Of a stretch of DNA of 64,000 bases, positions 58,777-64,000 are shown one piece after another. Position 1 is the first letter of the stretch. Every line of letters starts with the position of its first letter. The position numbers and the translations under genes were made by a program. The stretch covers positions 5,344,001 through 5,408,000 of the forward strand of contig OZ244207.1 of the NCBI GenBank assembly GCA_965216875.1. The letters run 5' to 3'. The notes beneath the pieces were generated by a model that saw only the letters and a program-made list of their open reading frames with translations, did no database searches and was not told the DNA's origin. The DNA is from Rubripirellula sp. GTDB lineage: Bacteria > Planctomycetota > Planctomycetia > Pirellulales > Pirellulaceae.

Positions 58777-59998
58777 TGCGTTGCCAACACCGCCCAATCC
58801 CTACGCTGCGCCAGCGAACATCGATGATGCTCACGATGCTGCGTCGTTGGATTACGAACCGGTCGGTTTTCGAGGGAACGTTCATCCAAGCGATTGTTGG
58901 CGATGCCTAAGTGTCAAAGCGATCAAAGAGCAGTCGAGAGACTCCGTTGGCGGCATCGTTGTTCTTGTGATGGCCACGACCGCGTTTTTCGCGATGCCAG
59001 GCTTCATGACCGACCTCTTCGGCGAAGTGTTGCATCCGTTGGTCTACGTGACATTCGCAGGGCTCGTTTTGTATCCCTGGCATCTCGTTTGGCACTTAAG
59101 TCGCCTCTATCGATCGGCTCGCCAACTTGCCACGTCGCACTTCTACCGCAACGAGTCGGAGATTGCGGGACTGATCACACCGTCAGGGCTCATCGCATTC
59201 TCCGAGCGAGGCTACTCGCGTAGTGGTTGGTCCGAGATTCAGCTTTCGATGGTCGCCGATGATCGAATCGACGTCGCCCTGAATCACACCGATCATCGCT
59301 GGACGTTTCCAACCGAGTTCTTTGAGTCCGACGATGCCTTCAACGAAGCGCGGAAAGCCGTCGTTCATCATCTCGTGCCCAAGGTGAAATACGCCCCCGA
59401 CACATCGGACCTCCAAGGCAAATCATTCCGCAGCTCGCCGCCGCTATCGAAATCCGAAATGGACAATGCGATGGGGTGGAGTGAAGAACAATGGCCTTTT
59501 GCTCCTGGCGCACTCGTGCTGAATCATGAGTGCATGCCGATTGTCGACCGAACACCGTGGCCCTGGATCAAACACTGGCTGTTGTGCGTTTGGCCCCTCC
59601 TCGCCGTTATCCCGATCTGGCTCACCGTCGAGTACTCCAACCACGGCAGCTTCCTGTTTCTGAGCGGGAACCCGATCGGCACGACCGCTTTCTTTGCGTC
59701 GGTCATCTTCATCCTGGTTCGATTCGCATGGCCATTGCCGGCACACATGCGAGAGCACCTCGAATCGGTCACCCGCCCGTTCACCATCACGCTGCGTCAA
59801 AACGGTTACTCACTTCGCTACGGCGATCACCAATACTGGTGCGCCTGGCCCGATCAGTTGCATCTTTTGCTTCAGCCCGATTCGATTGGCTGGAAAGAAA
59901 TCGTTGATGATGCCCCGTTCATCCTTCCGAAAGCGGGACTGAGCGATGAAGAGATTGAACGTGTGGAAACGTTCCTCGCCAAACGCCAAGTCAACTGA
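58766..59998 (+). CDS. Hypothetical membrane protein with two TM-hairpin plus YcxB-like modules
   Basis: N-terminal NPYAAP motif; two TM pairs, each followed by a W...(F/L)P beta-rich segment. Confidence 0.6.
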   Translation: MKVSALPTPPNPYAAPANIDDAHDAASLDYEPVGFRGNVHPSDCWRCLSVKAIKEQSRDSVGGIVVLVMATTAFFAMPGFMTDLFGEVLHPLVYVTFAGLVLYPWHLVWHLSRLYRSARQLATSHFYRNESEIAGLITPSGLIAFSERGYSRSGWSEIQLSMVADDRIDVALNHTDHRWTFPTEFFESDDAFNEARKAVVHHLVPKVKYAPDTSDLQGKSFRSSPPLSKSEMDNAMGWSEEQWPFAPGALVLNHECMPIVDRTPWPWIKHWLLCVWPLLAVIPIWLTVEYSNHGSFLFLSGNPIGTTAFFASVIFILVRFAWPLPAHMREHLESVTRPFTITLRQNGYSLRYGDHQYWCAWPDQLHLLLQPDSIGWKEIVDDAPFILPKAGLSDEEIERVETFLAKRQVN

Positions 59999-60275
59999 GC
60001 AGAAAGACGCGGCACGCGACGACAAGCTGGCAAGCAAACATGACAAAGGCAGTTGTATCCGCCAGAACCACGGCTGCTCGCGAGCCCTCTTTGCGAACAT
60101 GCTCGACTTCGCGGATCCATCTCAGGATCGTCCAAAAGGCGGCAAGGTTACCAATCGCGGCAACGCTTGCGCCGATCGCCACACTCTCTTTGCGGCCAAC
60201 GGGACCAAACTGCCAAAGCGCAATCATGCATGCGCAAAAGAAGGTCACATAGAAAAGTCCGCGCAGCGAAAACAT
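59991..60275 (-). CDS. Small hypothetical membrane protein
   Basis: FSLRGLF-type N-terminus and three hydrophobic segments. Confidence 0.45.
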   Translation of the reverse strand: MFSLRGLFYVTFFCACMIALWQFGPVGRKESVAIGASVAAIGNLAAFWTILRWIREVEHVRKEGSRAAVVLADTTAFVMFACQLVVACRVFLLS

Positions 60276-60305
60276 GCCCCAATTCTAACTCCCACATCGC
60301 CCCAC

Positions 60306-60424
60306 GTAGGTCATGCTCCGCATGACAAGTTCAACAAGATCTCGGTGTCGAGCTTTGATAGAGTAGCCTTCTGCTCCGCAAGAGTTGCATATGCGGACGC
60401 TACTTTCGCGGAGCGAAAGGCGAC
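60306..60424. repeat. REP-like cluster (GTAG hairpin plus family D doublet)
   Basis: GTAGGTCATGCTCCGCATGAC 60306-60326; 60363-60424 is the reverse complement of 51161-51222 (57/62 by eye). Confidence 0.8.
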
Positions 60425-60433
60425 ATTCTCACA

Positions 60434-61189
60434 TCAACCGCGGCCCACAAAGGGCATGTTGGTTGCCATCACGGTCATGAACAACACGTTCGCGTCGAGT
60501 GGCAAGCTAGCCATGTGAACAACTGCGTCGGCTGCATGTTTGACATCCATGATCGGTTCGACTTGCAACGAACCATCCGCCTGCAGCGTTCCGCTGGTCA
60601 CAGGCGCGGCCATGTCGGTATTCGCATTGCCAATGTCGATTTGCCCGCAAGCGATGTTGTACTTTCGGCAATCGAGGGCAACAGCCTTGGTCAATCCTGT
60701 GACACCATGCTTGGTTACCGTGTAGGGAGCCGTATTCAATCGGGGCGTGGTCGCCGAGATGGAACCGTTGTTGATGATTCGACCACCCATTGGCTGTTGC
60801 GACTTCATCACTCGAATCGCGTGTTGGATACACAGGAACACGCCTGTCAAATTCACGTCGACGACCGACTGCCACTGCTCAAAGGTCAAGTCTTCGAGAT
60901 TGATCGCTGGCGCCCCGATGCCCGCGTTGTTAAATAGAACATCCAACCGTCCATAGGCGGCCGTTGTTTGGTCGAACAGGTCCAGCACGGATTCGGGCTT
61001 GGCAACATCCGTCGCCACCGCAAGACAATCATCGGGATCAGCACCGGTGAGCGCCACCGTTTCTTGCAATGCATCGATGCGGCGGCCGGCAAGCACAACG
61101 CGGTATCCAGCCTCGGAAAGGGCGATCGTTGCAGCTCGACCGATTCCCGATCCAGCGCCGGTCACCATTGCAACTTTCTTGTCACTCAC
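60434..61189 (-). CDS. Short-chain dehydrogenase/reductase
   Basis: [17 protein letters not shown] (YxxxK), CGQIDIGNA. Confidence 0.93.
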   Translation of the reverse strand: MSDKKVAMVTGAGSGIGRAATIALSEAGYRVVLAGRRIDALQETVALTGADPDDCLAVATDVAKPESVLDLFDQTTAAYGRLDVLFNNAGIGAPAINLEDLTFEQWQSVVDVNLTGVFLCIQHAIRVMKSQQPMGGRIINNGSISATTPRLNTAPYTVTKHGVTGLTKAVALDCRKYNIACGQIDIGNANTDMAAPVTSGTLQADGSLQVEPIMDVKHAADAVVHMASLPLDANVLFMTVMATNMPFVGRG

Positions 61190-61212
61190 GTGTCGGTCTC
61201 CACTCGAAAGGG

Positions 61213-61917
61213 TTACGTTGCGCTGACGATTGCCGGATCGTTCAAACCGTTTTCGGCAAACCCTTTGGCGCGCAACAGGCAGGCGTCACAGTGACCGCAC
61301 GGTTCTTCGTCCGGACCTGGATCGTAACATGAAATGGTCATGCCATAGTCGACTCCAAGCGCCACGCCTTTGGCGATGATTTGCGCTTTGGTTAGGTCGA
61401 TCAGCGGCGTGTGGATCGTCAGTTGCGTTTCGCCTTCGACTCCCGCTTTCGTTGCCAGGTTGGCCATCGTTTGGAACGAGTCGATAAAATCGGGTCTGCA
61501 GTCGGGATAGCCGCTGTAGTCGAGCGCATTGACGCCGATGTAGATGTCGTTGGCACCGAGTGTTTCGGCCAGCGCGAGAGCGAGAGAAAGAAAGACCGTA
61601 TTGCGAGCGGGAACGTAGGTCACCGGAATCGCATCGCCTATTTCTTCGACCGAGTCCCCCTTGGGAACGTCGATCGCATTGTCAGTCAGAGCCGAACCAC
61701 CGAACTGGGCCAAATCGATATCGACGATACGATGCGACGCCGCGCTCAGGTGCGATGCAAGCTTGGCAGCGCGGTCGAGTTCGTATTGATGACGCTGGCC
61801 ATATCGAAAGCTGATCGCATGCGCGGCGAAACCGGCATCCTTTGCGATCGCAAGGCAGGTTGCGCTATCGAGTCCACCCGAAAGCAACACCACAGCGGGA
61901 GGTGCTTGAGCTGACAT
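61213..61917 (-). CDS. queC: 7-cyano-7-deazaguanine synthase
   Basis: SGGLDS, YGQRH, TYVPARN, YPDCR, CY...CGHCDAC. Confidence 0.95.
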   Translation of the reverse strand: MSAQAPPAVVLLSGGLDSATCLAIAKDAGFAAHAISFRYGQRHQYELDRAAKLASHLSAASHRIVDIDLAQFGGSALTDNAIDVPKGDSVEEIGDAIPVTYVPARNTVFLSLALALAETLGANDIYIGVNALDYSGYPDCRPDFIDSFQTMANLATKAGVEGETQLTIHTPLIDLTKAQIIAKGVALGVDYGMTISCYDPGPDEEPCGHCDACLLRAKGFAENGLNDPAIVSAT

Positions 61918-62885
61918 TATGACTCTCGTTTCTTCCACAACTTGCGGCCAATCGATGGCGTGTAGTTCGTCCAGTTGCCGTCCGCAGCCACGTCTGCATC
62001 GATGATGCTCGTGTACGAAGCGAGCTTTGCGTCGAGATTGTCGATGTGGTGCAAAGCAACCGCTTCCAACGTCACGGGCAACTTAGGGCTACCGAACTCG
62101 AGCTGGCCGTGATGAGCGACAATCAAGTGCTCAAGATGGAGACGCAATTCTTGCGGGAAAGGCTCGCCGGAATCCGCCTCCACCGCTGCGATCTTTTCAC
62201 CAAGCATTTGAACGCCGATCACGATGTGTCCGACGAGTTGGCCACGATCGGTATAGGTCACTTCGCCGCCACCGGAAAGTTCCTCGATCTTTCCCAGATC
62301 GTGCAGGAACGCTCCCATGACAAGCAAGTCTTGGTCGAGTTGCGGGTAACGCGGCGCGATCACGCGTGACAGCTCGATCAAATCAAGCGTGTGTCGCAGC
62401 AACCCACCGGGGTAGGCATGATGGTTCGAAACGGCGGCAGCAGCCCCCTTCAAACGCCCCATAAAGTCCTCGTCGGCCAAGAAGGCGTCGCCGAGTTGCC
62501 GTAGATGCGAGTTCTGCATCGAGCGAAGCTGGGTCGCAAGTTCATCGGCCAATCGAGCCGATTCGGCTGCGTCAAAACGCTCAAAATCGCTCAACTCGAT
62601 CTCGGACGGATCCATCCGCTCGAAATTTTGCACGATCACCTGCAAGGCGCCATTGTGAATCTGTGCCCGGCCGCGACAAAAGATAAAGTCGCCACGGTCA
62701 AACGATTCGAACATGCGATCGTCGGCATTCCAGACCATTCCGGCGATCACGCCCGTACGATCCGACAATCTCAACAAAATATACTTGCTGCCTTGGCGAT
62801 TGACGCGTAATTGTTTATCAGCAGCTTGAAACGCCTGCTCAAAATGCTGACCATCCGCAAGTTCTTGAATTGGGGTCCGGCTCAC
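61917..62885 (-). CDS. YhaM-like 3'-5' exoribonuclease (OB fold plus HD domain)
   Basis: OB fold LSDRTG...[38 protein letters not shown]. Confidence 0.88.
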   Translation of the reverse strand: MSRTPIQELADGQHFEQAFQAADKQLRVNRQGSKYILLRLSDRTGVIAGMVWNADDRMFESFDRGDFIFCRGRAQIHNGALQVIVQNFERMDPSEIELSDFERFDAAESARLADELATQLRSMQNSHLRQLGDAFLADEDFMGRLKGAAAAVSNHHAYPGGLLRHTLDLIELSRVIAPRYPQLDQDLLVMGAFLHDLGKIEELSGGGEVTYTDRGQLVGHIVIGVQMLGEKIAAVEADSGEPFPQELRLHLEHLIVAHHGQLEFGSPKLPVTLEAVALHHIDNLDAKLASYTSIIDADVAADGNWTNYTPSIGRKLWKKRES

Positions 62886-63034
62886 GTATCGTTTTCTTTT
62901 TTGGTCTGCGTAAAAGGGCAGGGCAGGGGAGCAACGAAAACTTGACAAACCCGGCCCAAACTACAAAGGATGGCCGTTTGCTCAGACAATTGACAAGGCC
63001 CGATCAAAAAGTCGTCTTGAACTGACGCTCCTCC

Positions 63035-64000
63035 ATGACACAGACGCCCCCGCAATTCGATTTCCTCGAACCTCCAGAAAAGGAGGGCGAAATCGGCCGT
63101 TTGGGCCCCTACCGGATCACGGGAATGGTCGGCAAGGGAGGCATGGGCCAAGTCTTCTGTGCCGAAGATGGCCGACTCAAACGCACGGTTGCCCTCAAAG
63201 TGATGAACAATCGCTTTGCGGCGACGCCAAACAGCAAAAAGCGATTCGTCGACGAAGCCCGCTCGATGGCGGCCATCCATCACGACAACGTGGCGACGAT
63301 CTTTGAAGTCGGGATCAAGTCGGGGATGCCCTTCTTGGCAATGGAATTACTCAAAGGCAAGACGCTCGAGGACTGGCGGCTGGTGGGGCGAAAGTTCTCC
63401 AGCGAGGAAATCTTGCGTGTGGCCGGCGAGGTCGCCGATGGGCTTGCGGCGGCCCACGCGTCGGGCATCGTTCATCGAGACATCAAGCCAGCGAATATCT
63501 GGATCGAAGAACCCTCGGGGCGTGCAAAGATTCTCGACTTCGGGCTGGCCCAAGCTCGTAACACCGGCGACGAGCTCTCCAAGCCCGGTGCCGTCGTCGG
63601 AACGCCTGGCTTTCTCGCACCCGAACAGGCGCGCAACGAACCGCTTGATGATCGCACCGATCTCTACTCACTCGGCGCCGTTCTGTATCAGATGTGTTGC
63701 GGAAAGCTGCCGCTGGTTTCCGATTCCATTCCAGGTCAATTGGTTGCGATTCTTTGCCATCGCCCCAAGCGATTGCACGAAGTGGATCCGAACATTCCCG
63801 AACCACTTTCCGACCTGATCGAATCACTGCTCGAAAAAGAACCGCGCAATCGGCCACGATCGGCAACAGATCTTGGCGAACGCGTGCAACGAGTTACCCA
63901 ACAGTGTTCCGATGAAAGCCACGCCGCGCTCCAAATCGTGACCGAACCGGCGGTGCAAACGCCCAAACGCAAGTCCGCTCAAGCCACTCAACCCCAACCG
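63035..64000 (+). CDS. Ser/Thr protein kinase, N-terminal part; runs off the window edge
   Basis: Manual translation MTQTPPQFDFLEPPEKEGEIGRLGPYRITGMVGKGGMGQVF...VALKVM...HRDIKPAN...ILDFG...GTPGFLAPE. Confidence 0.9.
   Translation, partial: MTQTPPQFDFLEPPEKEGEIGRLGPYRITGMVGKGGMGQVFCAEDGRLKRTVALKVMNNRFAATPNSKKRFVDEARSMAAIHHDNVATIFEVGIKSGMPFLAMELLKGKTLEDWRLVGRKFSSEEILRVAGEVADGLAAAHASGIVHRDIKPANIWIEEPSGRAKILDFGLAQARNTGDELSKPGAVVGTPGFLAPEQARNEPLDDRTDLYSLGAVLYQMCCGKLPLVSDSIPGQLVAILCHRPKRLHEVDPNIPEPLSDLIESLLEKEPRNRPRSATDLGERVQRVTQQCSDESHAALQIVTEPAVQTPKRKSAQATQPQP

Noticed and set aside
61213..62885. QueC plus nuclease as a Qat/Dpd-type defence system
   Set aside because: QueC has canonical length and motifs. 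The neighbour is a YhaM-like HD protein, and no ATPase, TatD or DpdA genes are present. The 1-bp overlap alone is insufficient.

Overview
A GC-rich bacterial chromosome segment, very probably from a planctomycete (Pirellulaceae-like). The evidence is a DUF1559 protein, YTV-like repeats, zinc-ribbon/WD40 Ser/Thr kinases beside an ECF sigma factor, and an HTH-receiver regulator typical of that group. Most of the window is housekeeping: hpnD/hpnC-ispH, rtcB, holA, mnmG, gatAB, hisDCB, ltaE, dapB, thrC, lspA-hisN, ffh-rpsP-trmD-rplS, yraN, queC and a YhaM-like nuclease, with signalling and envelope genes interspersed. No rRNA, tRNA or CRISPR array was recognised. The most notable structure is in the intergenic DNA. 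(1) A GxxExxY PD-(D/E)XK nuclease gene (37887-38264) is bracketed by 31-bp inverted repeats built from a 9-bp-period ACGAAT motif, and a solo copy of that repeat lies at 24728. This suggests a nuclease-plus-repeat system analogous to RAYT/REP. (2) An IS200/RAYT-like HUH transposase (46635-47087) occupies the centre of one unit in a tandem array of ~185-bp composite palindromes. (3) At least six unrelated REP-like palindrome families are stacked in shared spacers, and some supply stop codons to neighbouring genes. Other points are a probable frameshifted zinc-ribbon/TM/DUF1559 gene, a YTV-like insert in a ~2000-aa WD40 kinase, an SdpAB/HTTM-like gene pair, a RoxA-like di-heme cytochrome, and no rimM in the rpsP-trmD operon. 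All family calls come from motif recognition by eye, with no database searches.
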